DNA of 64,000 nt from Chrysomallon squamiferum (taxonomy: Eukaryota > Animalia > Mollusca). The notes beneath the pieces were generated by a model. It was not told the origin of the DNA, searched no databases, and was given only the letters and a program-made list of their open reading frames with translations. The position numbers and the translations under genes are program-made. This document shows, in pieces, positions 25,618 through 45,509 of the stretch. The stretch spans positions 4,092,001 to 4,156,000 of the forward strand of contig CM022676.1 of the NCBI GenBank assembly GCA_012295275.1. Reading direction: 5' to 3'. Within the stretch, counting starts at the first letter, position 1; every line of letters begins with the position of its first letter.

Positions 25618-28146
25618 ATAGAGTCAGAGTATTTCTATTGTTATAGTTTTGCTTCCTGGTAGTTTGAACATAGTACTACTCATGTTTATCAGATTTTATT
25701 TATGAAGCGAATATTAAATATAAATATAAATGATGATGATGACGGTAATAATAATAACAACAACAACAACAATAACAATAACAAAATCAACAACAACAGC
25801 AACATAGTACTACTAATAATACCAACAATCTCAACAACAGCAATTAGTAAAACAACATCCATTATAACAAGAGTTACTACTATTTCTGGTACTACTTAAC
25901 AAAAACAACAACAGCTACAAAAAATAAATAAATGACAATAACATCAGCAACAACAAAAAACAGCAGCAGCAACATCCACAACGACAATAATAATAATAGT
26001 AATAAGATGCATGAAAAATGACTCTATTTTTACAATGATTCTCTCTGACCCGCCCTCTAATTCAGACAGACGTATATTCAGACATTTAAAGCAATGTAAG
26101 TGAAAAGCAAGTTGAGTACTCTGTCGATCTATGTATAAGAGTCTTTAAACAAAATAACAATGACATATAACACAGTACAGACAATACAGTTATAAACCAA
26201 TGAACAGAACAGACTTACCTTCAAAGATAACTTTAAGAAGAGTGTTTTAATCTTTCCGTTTTGTTGTCGTTCTGTTTGTAGTTTTAAGTTTAACGAACAC
26301 AACTCTATCTACAAGCCAGTTTGATTGAGTCCAAAGTGCACTGTGTTTTATCTGTCTTTATCGTTTGTTCTTAAATTCTTTTCGCTGGGTGACTGGTAAA
26401 TATAAAAGCATAAATCACGATATACCCATATATTATCTGCGACTTAGGTGGGTAATCCGAGCAATTTTAAGGTATGAATGAAGTTGTTGTTTACTTTAGG
26501 TATTATATCTAAAATTATCTAAAGTTGAATTCCAGCAGCACTGACACTAGATCTGAGTTAAAGTTTTGTTTATAAATTAACATCACAGCCGTTTTCAGGG
26601 GCGAACACAAAATATATACATTTTAAAAAAATAACCCTATCACCATCACCCAGTGAAATCAGTTTAATACTTTTCATTCATCACCTGACAGTAAAACCCC
26701 AGAAACAAATCTTACTTTAGTGAGCAGTCGGGAAGTAAATAACTACGTAAGTAAGTATGTAAGTAAGTAAGTAAGTAAGTAAATAAATAAATGAGTCAAT
26801 AAATATAACCGGTGTTGCACCCAGATCCGCCTCTGATCTGATAAGATTTTACTAACACAGAAAATTGTTTATATAACCTAGATAACTATTTGTTTTATCA
26901 CTCTTCTTCTCTCACTGTATTTACGTTATTACTACGAAATCTTCTCCTAGTTTAATAAACTTTAATTTCCAGTTCTAGCCAGTGCTCCGTTTCAAAGATT
27001 TATTTTGTGTTTTTTTATGTGAAGAGGGGTATACAAGACTCAATACTGAAAGACAGATAGAGTAGCTCAAAGTACGATAACTGCTGATTTCCAGTTCTAA
27101 CCAGTGCTGCGATTCAAATATTTATATTGGTGTCCTTGGGAAAAGAAGTAAAAAAAAAAGAAAGTGGACAAGAATATCTCAACTGAAAGTTGTTTTTTTC
27201 AACTGTCATTTCAAAATCATAGCACAAATAATAAATATGTGAAAACATCTCATGAATCACTTCAGTGTAGACAAATCAGGTTTAGTCTCGTCTGATATCC
27301 ATATGTCCGTCTGTCTGTCTGTCTTGTGTGTGCGTGCGTGAGTGTGTGCGCATTTTACATGTGTGTATGTGTGTGTTTTAATGTCACCGTCATCACACAA
27401 ATTATACATTTTAAATATATTTGACTGATGACGAGATAAACTGCTACAACAGATCAGAAACACGTCTTACTGTTCAGGGCCTTTTTCTGAAGTGAACTAC
27501 TACCTTCATTACTATAACTGCAACCACTGTTAATACTACTACTACAACTTCTACTACATTTATTACTACCATTACTACTACCATATGTATTACTATTACA
27601 GCTACTGTTACTTTTATTACTATTACAGCTACTATTACTAATGTTATTAATGTTACTAGTACTTTTATTATTACTACTACTGCTAATACTAATACTGCTA
27701 CGTGTACTATTACTATTTGTGCTACTGTTTACTACAACTACTACTTTTTTACTGCTACTATTGCTGCTACTACTACTATAACTACTACTACAACTACTGC
27801 CACTTTTACCCGAAGTTTACAAACAGAAGCATCAAATTTCCACATCCACGATACCAGAAATATATACAATACAACACCACCAACAACAACAACAGGAACA
27901 ACAACAATAATAATAAGAAGAATTATACTTATAATTTAACAATAATATTAAAAATAAGTACAACAACAACAACAAGAACAGCAACAACAATAGTAAACTG
28001 TTGAATTCACACCAAAAAAAAAAAAATAACAGATGTAAAATAACATAAATAAATTACGGTGTACTTGCTACGAAGATATCCGATGACTTAAAACTTTCGT
28101 AAAGAAAAATGCTTTTCAGTTTTCTTCGTCGGAAAAACCCGAGTGA

Positions 28147-28220
28147 ACCCACCCGTAACTGGTGACTCGCTACAACTTCCCGATGCACCCACCCGTAACT
28201 GGTGACTCGCTACAACTTCC
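28147..28220 (+). repeat. Perfect 34-bp direct repeat (40-bp period) at the 5' end of A5
   Basis: ACCCACCCGTAACTGGTGACTCGCTACAACTTCC occurs twice. Confidence 0.85.
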
Positions 28221-28595
28221 TCGTAGACACATTTCTGTTCGTTGAAGTGTTTAAATAAACAACAACCACAGCAAAAAAAAGTGTTGAAACCTTGTGTTTC
28301 AAGGTAAGTCGGTTCTGTTTGTCGGTTTGTAATGCTGTTGTATGAACTCTCATGTTTTACTTTAAATCCACACAGGTGATATTTCGCACTAAAGAGCCAG
28401 CCTTTGACCTAAGGTTAATTACCGTAAATCCTTCAATACAAGGCGGTCTCTGAACACCCTGTTTCTTATAAATTATTATCATTATTATTAATATTATTAT
28501 CTGTATTATTACTACTATTACTACTACTACTATTACTATTATTATTATTTTTATTATTACTATTATTATTATTGTTACTATTATTATTATTATTA

Positions 28596-28647
<52 letters not shown>

Positions 28648-28750
28648 GTTATTATTATTATTATTACTATTATTCTGATGTTGATGATGTAAATGTAGCA
28701 GTAGTAGAAACAGAGTTCTCTGTTTTATTATTTATTTTTTATTTCAGAAA

Positions 28751-28816
28751 ATGGAAAGCGAATGGCAGTTTTATTACGGAAGAGGGAACAGAAATCCGCT
28801 GAATAAAGTAATTGGT

Positions 28817-28857
<41 letters not shown>

Positions 28858-29193
28858 TATAATTATTCGTCATTGTGAGCTTCATTGTACTTTTTATTGT
28901 TGATACGCTGTTTTTTTCTTGTTGTTGTTGTTGTTGTCATTGTTGTTACAGTTTCTGTTCCTGTTATTATATAACAAGACCATCATCATCATCACCACCA
29001 GCACAACCGACGTCATAATCGTTATAACCATCATCATTGTTGCATAACAATTTCCACCACCACCATCATCATCCTCCTCCTCATCATCATCTTCACATTC
29101 AAAACGCCTATATCCATGTATAACGAAAATTACTGACTTTTATTTCGTATTCAGTTGGACGACGCCATTTTCCAACATGGCGGAAACATTTTC
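28751..29193 (+). CDS. CABIT adaptor A5, 5' part only (runs into assembly gap)
   Basis: Exon 28751-28807 (MESEWQFYYGRGNRNPLNK) and an exon from 29155 (LDDAIFQHGGNIF...). Non-coding exon donor at 28303/28304. Closest to A1. Confidence 0.82.
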
Positions 29194-29393
29194 NNNNNNN
29201 NNNNNNNNNNNNNNNNNNNNNNNNNNNNNNNNNNNNNNNNNNNNNNNNNNNNNNNNNNNNNNNNNNNNNNNNNNNNNNNNNNNNNNNNNNNNNNNNNNNN
29301 NNNNNNNNNNNNNNNNNNNNNNNNNNNNNNNNNNNNNNNNNNNNNNNNNNNNNNNNNNNNNNNNNNNNNNNNNNNNNNNNNNNNNNNNNNNNN
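29194..29393. other. Assembly gap (200 N)
   Basis: Run of N. The round length suggests a placeholder. About 3.5 kb would be needed to complete A5. Confidence 0.99.
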
Positions 29394-30060
29394 AGAAAAA
29401 GACAAAGTTTTCGAAGGTTTTACGCATGATCGGAGATGACGTAGTTTGTCAGTGTGTTAAATAATAATAATGTAAAAACTCAAAGTGTAATCAGTTTCGT
29501 GTAGACAGTCTTTTCTTAGACTCCTGAAGTCAGTCGATTGAATCCAGTCTATTACAGATTACACTCTATTACAGTCTATTTTACAAAGAATATAAAGGGT
29601 GTTTTACTTACGAAACAGAAAGTAAACGTGGTGACTCATCAACAGAAAAGAAAACAAGGAAGAATTTAAAACAAAAAAACGTAGCTTAGAAAGTATATAC
29701 TTTTATTAAAGACAGTGAAAACTAAAATACTGGAAATGAGTTGTAAGTTATTCGTGTTACTGGGATGTGTATTGTACCTACATTATTTATCTCTATCTGT
29801 GTTAGTCTCGTTTCATAAAATGTGAAATCTGGGTGCAGTCGACGTCATTACTAAGGTAATAACTGGGTAACATGAAGTCTTGAAATATGTTTATCAAAAT
29901 ATGAAACAATAACGTAACATAAGATAACACAGGATAACATAATATATCATGATATGACAGTACACCACACAACGTAACGGAACGCAATGTAACATAATGT
30001 AATACAATATAAAAGTATGTAATAAAGGAAGAATAAAAATAACAAGAAAACAACAACAAG

Positions 30061-30099
<39 letters not shown>

Positions 30100-31164
30100 T
30101 AACCCACATTCCTGTATAAACCGAACACAACAGAAAGAGTGTGCTACTCAATGACTTGACAGAAAGAGTATCATGTGTTTTGGGTTATATCTTTTGTGCG
30201 TAGTCTTTCATCCATGTCTGGTTATAGACAGAATGGTAGAGTTACAACATACTAGAGTAAAACTGACCAAGTCATGTCATGACGTAAGAAACAAAAATTG
30301 ACAAACAGCTATGTTGCCTAGGTTACGCCACAATTCAAAATGGCCGCCCTTTCTCGCTGCAGCAAATAATTTTGTTATGAAATATCGCCTCAGAATTTGA
30401 ACAAAGATTTCTAATTCTTAAAAATGCACAAGCACACTTACTTACAAACACACACACATACACACAAACACGATTGCACACACACACACACACACAGACA
30501 CATATATATATATGTATACACACATATACAAACATACATTGATACACGAAATACACACAAACACATATACCACCTACCTACCTACGTTCATAAATATTAT
30601 ATATATATGCATATATGAATATACATATATATATTAAACACACACACATATACACACATATGCATGCATAGATACAAACTTAACTACTTATAAACATATC
30701 TATATACAAATCTGTATAAATGCAAATATGGAAATGCACACACTTGTAAGGTTAAAATACCTTCAAATATAGCTATACACGTACATGAATACACTCAGGC
30801 ATCAACAAATAATAATAATAAAAATAATAAATAAATAAATAAATAAAAAGAAAAAGAAAAAAGAAAAAAGAAAAAGAAATAAAAAAAAAAAAAATAAAGA
30901 AAAAAACAACAACACATAAACTATACGTACAATTTACATAAACTATTTACAACCCTGCATGTTATATCTCAGGTTGCATTGTGTATTTTTCTGATTCAGT
31001 CGACTGGATTTAGTTTAGTAATAAATACACAGAGCCAATGAGACATGTGTTCATATTGTGTATGAAGCAGGAAGTAAACTTGATACGTTAAACGAATAAA
31101 GCACAACAAGAAGGCGTCGAAAACTGCTTTTACATTAGCAACAGTAAAAACTAAAATACTGGAA

Positions 31165-32571
31165 ATGAGTTGTAAGATATTCTGTGTGTTCGTGTTGCTG
31201 GGATCTGTAATTTACGTACAAGGTATGTATTTTATATTCTCCATCCCCCAAAACAGACAGACGTCCCGTAAAGTATAGTATAGCATAAACAACACATAAC
31301 ACAGTGGAGCGTGTTTGCTAATGAACTGCCGCTTATATTGAATAATACATGTAATAAATTATGGACTGGTCTGATATAACTAAATACCAAACAGAAAAAA
31401 AGTATATAAAATTAGATTTATTTATACATTTATTTGTAGATTTATTAATTGCATTTGCCAGATAGGAAATAGGCTCTCGTTGTTGCTTGTATGAACAGAC
31501 TGGAGCATACCATTAAATCAGCGAGGGGTGTACAGGATACATGACCCAATAAAGAGTTTTGTCTATCAAATGGCGTGTCTGCATTATGGGCTATCTGTCG
31601 GTCTTTTGTGAGGGAACCATTCATCTGTACCTGAGTGCATTTCGTTTACAAACTGTGAAATCTAGATTGAGTCGAAGTTATGTTTCGTTCACTAATGTAA
31701 ACAAATATATATGCGTAATTGTGTGATTTGGATTTTTGAAATATATCTGTATTAAAACATGGGACAATAACATAACATAATATAACATAACAGAGTGTAC
31801 CGTAAGGTAATGTAAACATAATGTAATAAACGTAAAAATTATGGAATAAAATATAGTAATTATAATCGTCATCATAATAATAAAAAAATAAATAAATAAA
31901 TAAATAAATAAATGTAATTATATATAAAAAAAAATATTTAATTTTATTTGAATTTTTCTTCTTATTATTATTTTAAATTTAAGGTCAGGATTACAATTTA
32001 ACAACATCAGACAGATACGCAGTTGCTGGATCATCTTTTACTTTTACCTGTCGAGGAGATCGTGCTCCTCTAATTACCTGGTTTGAGAATAACACAGAAT
32101 ACATAATGGAAGTACTAGGAAGATACGGTCCGTGTATTTCTCATAGTGAACATCCAGAAGAATACACTTTTAACTGTTCATATGAACTAAACACACTGAC
32201 AATAAAATCAGTGAACCTCAGTCAACATGGAACAGTGTGGAGATGTGGTGAACTCGGACCAGGCAGCAATGAAATCAAACTGGAAGTCAGAGGTAAAATT
32301 ATTTTTATTATTAATAATTTTAATACCGTACCTATTAGATGTCGTTAATAGTTTTATTACCTACTGTTACAACTTTTTTTGTTTTGTTTTGTTTTCATTT
32401 TTGTTTTTGTTTAAATATATAGTACATAAGCTATGAGAATGCGAGCATACACTATCAAGGAAAACAATAACAATTGTAATAACAATAACAACAACAATAA
32501 TAACAATAATAATATAGAAGTCACTCTGCATATTGTATTCCGCAAAGAGGCTTTAATAGTACTAGTATTTT

Positions 32572-32636
<65 letters not shown>

Positions 32637-34355
32637 TGATGATGATGATGATGATGACGATGATGGTGTTAATAACACTAATATTAATAATGATTAATAA
32701 TCATCGACATCAAGAACATAGTGGAAGTAGATTATAGTAGTAGAATTAGTGGTAGTGGTAGTAGTAGTAGCAGCAGCAGTAGTCCGAAGTAGTAGTAGTA
32801 GTAGTAGTAGCAGTAGGAATAGTAGTAAATTAATAACAAATTTGGATAAATGTGATGACATGTTTTTTTTTTTGTTTTAGGAGGTCCTGGTGAATCGCTT
32901 CATCTCACTTCCCTTCTGACCAAATCTGTCATGTCTGTCGCGGAAGGAAGTGACGTCACGCTGATATGTTCTGCGAAATGCTTCCTGACATGTGACTATG
33001 AATGGCAGGTCAGAGGTCACGTGATAAGTAATAGCAGTGTTCTCTCGTTGGCTGATATTAATAGAACACAAAATGGTTTGTACACGTGCACGGCCACAAA
33101 CCCAGATACGAAGGAAACATCCAACCAGACTGTGAAAATTAATATAGAGGATTTGAGAGGTTTTACAAGCTTTTATAAATATATATATTTTTTTTTTATA
33201 AAGTAAAAAACACGAAATTTCAATACAGTTACTTCCAGTTTTCTTCTTCTTTCATTTATTTTCTTTAATTTCTTTATTTTCTTTTCTTCTTTCTACAATT
33301 AAATTTTTTCTTTATTTAAAAAAAGTGTTTTTTTCCTTCTTTCATTCTTTGTCTTTCCTTCCTTCGTTCATTCGTCCAAACAGTGGTGGTTCTTTTACTT
33401 TTGATTAGTGATAGTAGACGTTGTAGTAGAGGAAGCCGTGGTAGAAATAATTTGTAGTAGTAGTATTTTTACTTTTTGTTTTTCTTATGGTAGTAATAGT
33501 AGTAGCAAAAGCAGTAGTTTGTGGTAATTGTAAAATTGTAAAGCACTAATTTGTGTTGGTAGTCGTACAAGTAATACTAGTTAAGCCGTATCATTAGTAA
33601 GAGTAGTAGTAGTAGTAGTAGAACAGTAGTTTGTAGCAACAGCAGTCGTAATAGTAACAATAGTAGTAGTAGTAGTAGTAGTAGTAGCAGTAGTAGTAGA
33701 ACAGTAGTTTGTAGTAACAACAGTCGTAGTAGTAACAGTAGTAGAAGTAGCAGCGGCAGCAGCAGTAGTAGTAGTAGTAGTAGTAGTAACATAACAGCAA
33801 TAGCAATAGTGGCTATATTAATAGAGTTACGGTTCTTCCTTTAAATACTTCTTTCTTTTTTTTTTTAATTATTATTTTAATATCTGAAAATACACAAACG
33901 CGCGCGGACAACAATATTTCTTACGACTTAAAAAATATTAAACAATTGCCTAATTCATTCTTACTTTATATAATTTTATTTTATTTTATTTTTGTTTTAT
34001 TTATTTATTTTTATTTTTAATTTCATTTTTATTTTTACTTTATTTTTTTTACATTTATATTTATATTCTTATTTTATATTATTGTATTTTATTTTAGATC
34101 CAGATAAAAATCACAGTCATTTTGCAGAAGGATTTGCTACTGGTTTTGCTGTCGTCGTATTCATACTTGTTGGTGCCGCGTTATTTTTGTTCTTCTGGTT
34201 CAGAAAACGTAAAAGGTGAACACAAATTAAAACTGCACTGAAATTTGTTTTACTGAGAAGCAAAGGACACTGGCGTTGGACAGTAAAAATTAATTTATAA
34301 TTAGCTAATTACAAATCACAGCTGTTAACAACAATAACAATAACAACAACAACAA

Positions 34356-34427
<72 letters not shown>

Positions 34428-34665
34428 TAAAATAGAAAATAAAAAATTCGTATTCAGCAATTGGGATATATTTTGGTAACAGAAAAGCTAATGATATAAC
34501 TGGGGTTAACCACGGATATGTCAAGGATTCGACATGGAAGATACACTGGGATATGCTGTTCATTACAGATAACATAAAGGTTTCATGAGGAAAGGTTATT
34601 TATATTCTACATATGGTAAAATATATCATCATCATTATTATTTGTTACTAGTAGTACTCCTCGTT

Positions 34666-34708
<43 letters not shown>

Positions 34709-35792
34709 AGCTACTGCTAATAGTCTACCATATTACTTTACTACTGGTTCTGATATTCTACTTACATGGTAAAATATATCACAGATAGGTTATGAATAAA
34801 CCTAAACGTATGGACTAACAGAAATCGTACAATAGAGATAGATTAGGGACATCGTAGAGATAATTTAGATATCATTTAGTAATATGGAACAGATATGGTA
34901 GGCCTGTATTCTGGATAAACTAATGATATATAGCAAGTGAGACATATTTAGCCTTTAGTAATTAATTAAAAATGCCTATATATATATATAATTATAGCCA
35001 ATTATTATAGAGTATCTTCACCTATATTTTAGCATTAATATTAGAAATATTTAATTTAAAGAATATATACATATAATTATGGTTTATTCATTTTATTTCC
35101 AATTACTTTTATCCATATTTAATTAATAAGTTGATGCGACTAATTAATGAAATGTGTATTTTAAATGTTTCTTGTTATTAATTAATTTTCGGTATATATA
35201 TATATATAATTTCAGAAAGCAAAAAGAAGAAAACATTTATTACAATCCAGGCCAAGACAACGGTAAAATAAATTTCTTTAGTTTTTAATCATTATAGTCA
35301 AAGTATTCTGTACATACTGTTATACAGACACGTACATACATCCATATGTCAATCCATACATATATACGCTTTATTATTTTTGAGTTTCCATCGTGGTTTT
35401 TTCTTTTTTCCATCATCAACGTTATCATCACCATCGTCGTCGTCGTCATTGATGTTGTTGTTATCATCATTATTATCATCATAATCATCATTATTATATA
35501 AACATCATCATCATGCTTTTACTATCATTTTCTCTTTAAGTAGATCTACAAATATCTATCGTGTATCTTTTTTTTAAATTATTTATAAAATTTTGCTACC
35601 AAAGTTTTAACTGGTAACTGTCTAATTAACCGGTATCCCTCTATTTCTATTGCAGCCAATGAAGCGCCACCTGGTGACGAAACAGAGGAAAACGCCAATA
35701 CATACTCCTCACTTGGGGTTCGAGAAAATGTCGAACCCTATGACGTCTTAAAGTTTGAGAACCAATCACAGAATGCCAGCGAAGCTATCTAA
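31165..35792 (+). CDS. Ig-superfamily ITAM receptor B2 (~315 aa)
   Basis: Exons 31165-31222, 31984-32292, 32881-33159, 34098-34215, 35216-35262 and 35656-35792. Same architecture as B1. Tail ENIYYNP..YSSLGVRENVEPYDVL. Confidence 0.9.
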
Positions 35793-36799
35793 GTTTAATA
35801 GACTCGGAGAAATTCGAATACAGAGTGTTAAAGCTTTACCAAAACGACATTTACGAAAACAACAATTTTCTATAAAAAAAACAGAAGAAAAAAAAAAGAA
35901 TTGTAATTCGCTTCCGACTAATGTGTTACTGTGCAGTTTAAATAAACAGTTTAATAAAATTCTTAATTATTTCTGTGTTATTATTTTATTGTATTACGGC
36001 ACCTAGCAATGGTCATAGCAAAGTATTACTGTGAAGTAATTCTTTTACAAAACAGATAAATGACGTCATGCTACTTGTAGACTATGACAAATGGAGTTGT
36101 GACGTCATCGTGGACTTACAGCTGTATTTTTTCTGACAATACTGGAAGAAAGTTTAGAAGAACTCTCTCTACCGTGTACGTCATGACGTCACAATTACAG
36201 AAAGAATGCCTATCTATCTATCTATCTCTATATATATATATACATATATACACATACATACACACACATACATACAGATACACAAACATACATACATAAA
36301 CAAACACACATACACACAGAGATATATATATATCGTTACTAACGATGAAGAAAATACACTTGTTCTTTAATCACGATTTTTCTAATTAGTTTTTGACTTT
36401 TGATATCGTATAATAATTATCGTTTGGTCATGAATGTCTTGGAATATTTTTATCTAATAATAATAATAATTTTGTTCATGAAATTGTTAAATATTTCCAA
36501 CTAATAATGATCGTTCTTTGGTTTATGATTTTTTTTTTCAGATATTTTGATCTAATAATTATCATTTTTCCTGAATTTCTCCTAATATTTTCCGATTATT
36601 ATAGTTAGTATCAAAAATATATTTTTATTTTTCTAGACATTATTTGGTATGGTATGTGTTTCTGTATGTAAATAATAATACAATTAGTTGCAAACATTTC
36701 AACTAGTGGGAGGATAATTGGAATGGTTAGATTGGGAATTATCTTAAAAAGATTAGCAACGGTGTTTTCTATAATAATGTACCATTGATAAGAAATCCG

Positions 36800-36856
<57 letters not shown>

Positions 36857-36924
36857 GCCGTCGTTGACTTTCACACTAAAAAGTCACGATTGTTTGTCTC
36901 TCCCCACCTTTTTTCTTCTCTCTC

Positions 36925-38165
36925 TCAGTGTGGAATGTGTCCCCTGCGAATAAACTTCATCATTTTTATTGTTTCTGTTCCTGTAAATTTGAATTCTTCT
37001 TTCAGGATGTGTTCATTCAAATCAGCGAGCACGCAGCCGTCTACGGATTCTTTCTTAAACGTGTCAATGTGTCTCCCCAACCTCAAAGCTTTCATCACTT
37101 CCCCAACCTCAGCTATTGTTAAATCGTTCCGTTCTTTCTTAAAAACAGCTTCTCCTCTGACGTAATTATCTCCACTGTTGCTGGTGACGTAATCGTCTTT
37201 CCCAGCGATTTTAACTTCAATCTGACTGCTATTTTTATTGACGTCATGATTATTCCTGTCTTCCGTGACGTCACAATTATTGCTTTCTCCTTCACGAGGA
37301 CCTCTAGACTTGTAATCGACACTGTTACCTGCTGTGTCGTAATCATTTTCTCTACCTCGAGTAGTCTTCTCGTTACCTGTTCTGACGTAACTATCTCTCG
37401 TGACGTAATCATAGTCACTAGTTCTGTTATTGTAAGTCGATGACGCTTTTTCAGATGAAAGGACAGAGTGGCGAGGTGGTAAGGGAGGGGGGATAACATC
37501 AGCACTCCTCTCATTACTGGGTGGCTCTGCGCGTGGTTTCAGGGGCTTTGTTCTATAAATAGGTTTCGCAGATAGAGGAGTCGCGACGGTTTCCTGTTTG
37601 GCTGATTGAGTTATCTCTCTTGATTTATTTTCTCCGTGGAAATGGGAACAGTCGGATAAGGTCAAATACTCTTCTTGATGTTTCGCAAATCTGAAAAATC
37701 GGTCAGGTTCTAGTGTCTCGTAAATATTGTCTCCTTGGGTCGTGTCCACATCCACTTGTTTGTACACAGCAATATCTGAAGAAAAATAAATAACAGAGAA
37801 TAAATAGATATAAAACAAGCAAACAAACAAACGAACAAACAAACAAACAATAAATAAATAAATAAATATATAAATATCAATATAAATCGATACAAATATA
37901 AATATAAATATACAAATAAATAAATAAATAAATAACTATTTATATATTTTTTCTCACTCTGTTACTTACTTTCGTTTCCTGTTTTCCCATCGAAAATGAT
38001 TCCCTTGGCTGCGATTTCGATATCGCTAACAAACTGCTGAAAATGTTCTTGCGTCATATCCTGTATTCCTGTTACTAGAGACACCAGAACGTTCTGAAGA
38101 TACAGTGGAATCAGAATCGTGTGAGGTTCCAAAATTCCTGGAAATTAGATTGTCATACAATAATT

Positions 38166-38262
<97 letters not shown>

Positions 38263-40313
38263 TATTTATAGATAGAAAAACACAGAGACAGATAGAATGA
38301 CAGACAGACAGGTTATCAATGCTTAGCTGTCACATACCTTCACAAATACAATTTGCTGTGCAGTACAATTCATCGTACATCTCAGAAACTGTTATTTTTC
38401 CAAATGATTTTACTCTGGTTTCAGTGTTACCCACATCAAATCTGCATTCATCTGACACAGCGAACTCAACCTGTACTGGCAGCGAGTGAGTGGACAAAAT
38501 GTCTGATAATAACTGACCCTGTCCACCTGGTCAGATTAATAAGGATTATGTAATAGCAGCAACAATAACAACAACAACAATAATAATAATCACAGCATTA
38601 TGTTCTCTATAAATTATATTTATTTCATTACATTAAATACATTACAGGTCATCATATTACACTTCATGATAATTATATTACATTATATTATATTGTTACT
38701 TTACCTAGTATGGCATAGAATACCATAGTATAGTGTAGTACAGCATACTCTAGTAAATAATGTTGTAGCATAATACTGTATAGTATAATATAGTATACAT
38801 TAGAATAGGTAAGTATAGCGTAGCATAGTATAATATAATATAGTATAGTGTTTGGTAGTATAGCACAGTGTAACATAATATGGCGAAGTATAATACACTA
38901 TAATATAATTCAGTGTTGTGTACAGTAATATAGAGTATAATACAGTAGTACAGAGTAGTTTATTTTATTTATACCACAATGTAACATGTATAGTATAATA
39001 CAGCATAGTGTATTGTAATGTAGTTTAGTATCATACACTGCAGTGGTACACTCACGTTTATTTTTGGTGGTACAAACACGGAAGGGTAAAGGGTAGTTTA
39101 AGGGTATCGTGATGTTACGTCCAGAGCTATCTCTAGCTATCAGTCTTCTTTGTTTACAAACACTGTGTATTCGCATCACCTGTGTAGAACAGATAGACGA
39201 ACAAACAAACAGCATTATTAAAAATAATAATAATAAAAAAATAAAAAATAAAACAAATTATATACATATACATTAATCCACAATGAAATTAATAAATAAA
39301 TATATAGAAATAAATCAATTAAATACAACAAATAAAAACAAAGATATAACTAACCTGTCCCGTCCCTATCGTATCCAGTTCCGTACCACCGTCGTATCCT
39401 TGTGTACCAACAACGATTTTTGGTAAATGGTACTTGTACGCGTCACAAAAATCTCTCAGTGTCAACTTCTGTCTGCCATGTTGGAAAATGGCGTTCTCAA
39501 TCTGAAGATAAAACAAAAATGAGTAATTTGCGTTATACATGTATAAGGTGATTGTGAATGTGATGATGGTGATAATGAAGATTATGGAAATGGTAATGCA
39601 ATGATCATGGAGATGATGACAACAACATCAGTAAAAGCAAGAATACCAATAATGAAAGTGTATAATGAAGATGATTATGATAACAACGAGAACAACAATG
39701 TCTATACTGATGATGTTGATGATAGTGATAATAACAACAATACTACTACTTTTACCACTACTACTGTTACTACTTCTCCTACTACTAATACTACTAACAA
39801 TAACAATAACAAATTATAATAATAATAATAATAATAATAATACAATCAGAAGAAGCTCAATACTAATAAAATAAATAAAATGAAAATGAAAATGATGATG
39901 ATGATGATAAGAAGAAGAAGAAAAAGAGGGAAAAGACAGTGATGATGATGATGACGATGATGAAAAATAACATATTAATGATTCAACTGATGGTTTCACA
40001 CACACATAAATATATACATACATACATACACAGACAAACACACACACAGACACGCACATACTCTCACGCACACATTCAGATAAATAGATATGCATGTATA
40101 TAGAAAGACAGAGGAAGAGACAGATACACAGACTAAGAAAAGATAGATACTGAAAGACGTAGAGACAAAAATATTATATTTAAAGAAAGATTTGTTGTTA
40201 TTTACGCTACACATGTACATGTCTAAAAGTATGTATTTAGAAAAACAAATTCTTACTTTTAACTGCGGAATTCTGCGCCATTTTCCACGAACATTTTGCC
40301 ATTCGGTTTCCAT
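36925..40313 (-). CDS. GAREM-like CABIT / proline-rich / SAM adaptor A4 (~511 aa)
   Basis: Exons 40313-40257, 39501-39355, 39179-39056, 38526-38338, 38137-37970 and 37775-36925. Open frame throughout. Closest to A3. Confidence 0.88.
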
Positions 40314-40351
40314 ATTCTGAAATATAAATGATGAACAATAAAATAAATATT

Positions 40352-44640
<4,289 letters not shown>

Positions 44641-45049
44641 GAGGGAGATAAAGTATGTGAGCACAGAAATTAGTTCTGTAATTGTGACGTCATGACGTAC
44701 ACTCTGGACAGAGTTCTTCTAAACTTTCTTCCGGTATTGTCAGAAAAAACCCAGCTGAAAGTCCACGATGACGTCACAACTCCATTTGTCATAGTCTAAA
44801 AGTAGTATGACGTCATTTGACTTCATAGTAATACTTTGCTATGACCATTGCCAGGTGCCTTGATACAATAAAATAATAACACAGAATAAAGTAAGAATTT
44901 TATTAAACTGTTTATTTATACTACCACAGAGAAACATGAGTCGGAAGAGAATTACAAAATGTTTTATAGAAAATCCTTGTTTTTTTCGTAAATATCCTAT
45001 TGGTAAAGTTTTAACTCTCTGTACTCGAATTTCTCGGAGTCTATGAAAC

Positions 45050-45478
45050 TTAGATAGCTTCGCTGGCATTCCGTGATTGGTTGTCGAACTTTATGACGTC
45101 ATAGGGTTCGACATTTTCTTGAACCCCAAGTGAAGAGTATGTACTGGCGTTTTCCTCTGTTTCGTTACCAGGTGGCGCTTCATTGGCTGCATTAGAAATA
45201 GAGGGATACCGGTTAATTAGACAGTTACCAGTTAAAACTTTGGTAGCAAAATTTCATAAATAACTGAAAAAAGATACACGATAGATATTTGTAGATATAC
45301 TTAAAGAGAAAATAATAGTAAAAGCATGATGATGATGATGATGATGATGTTTATAATAATAATATAATAATGATGATGATGATGAAGATAATGTTTATAT
45401 AATAATGATGATTATGAACGTGATGTTGATAATAATGATGATAACAACAACATCAATGTCGACGACAACGATGGTGAC

Positions 45479-45509
<31 letters not shown>

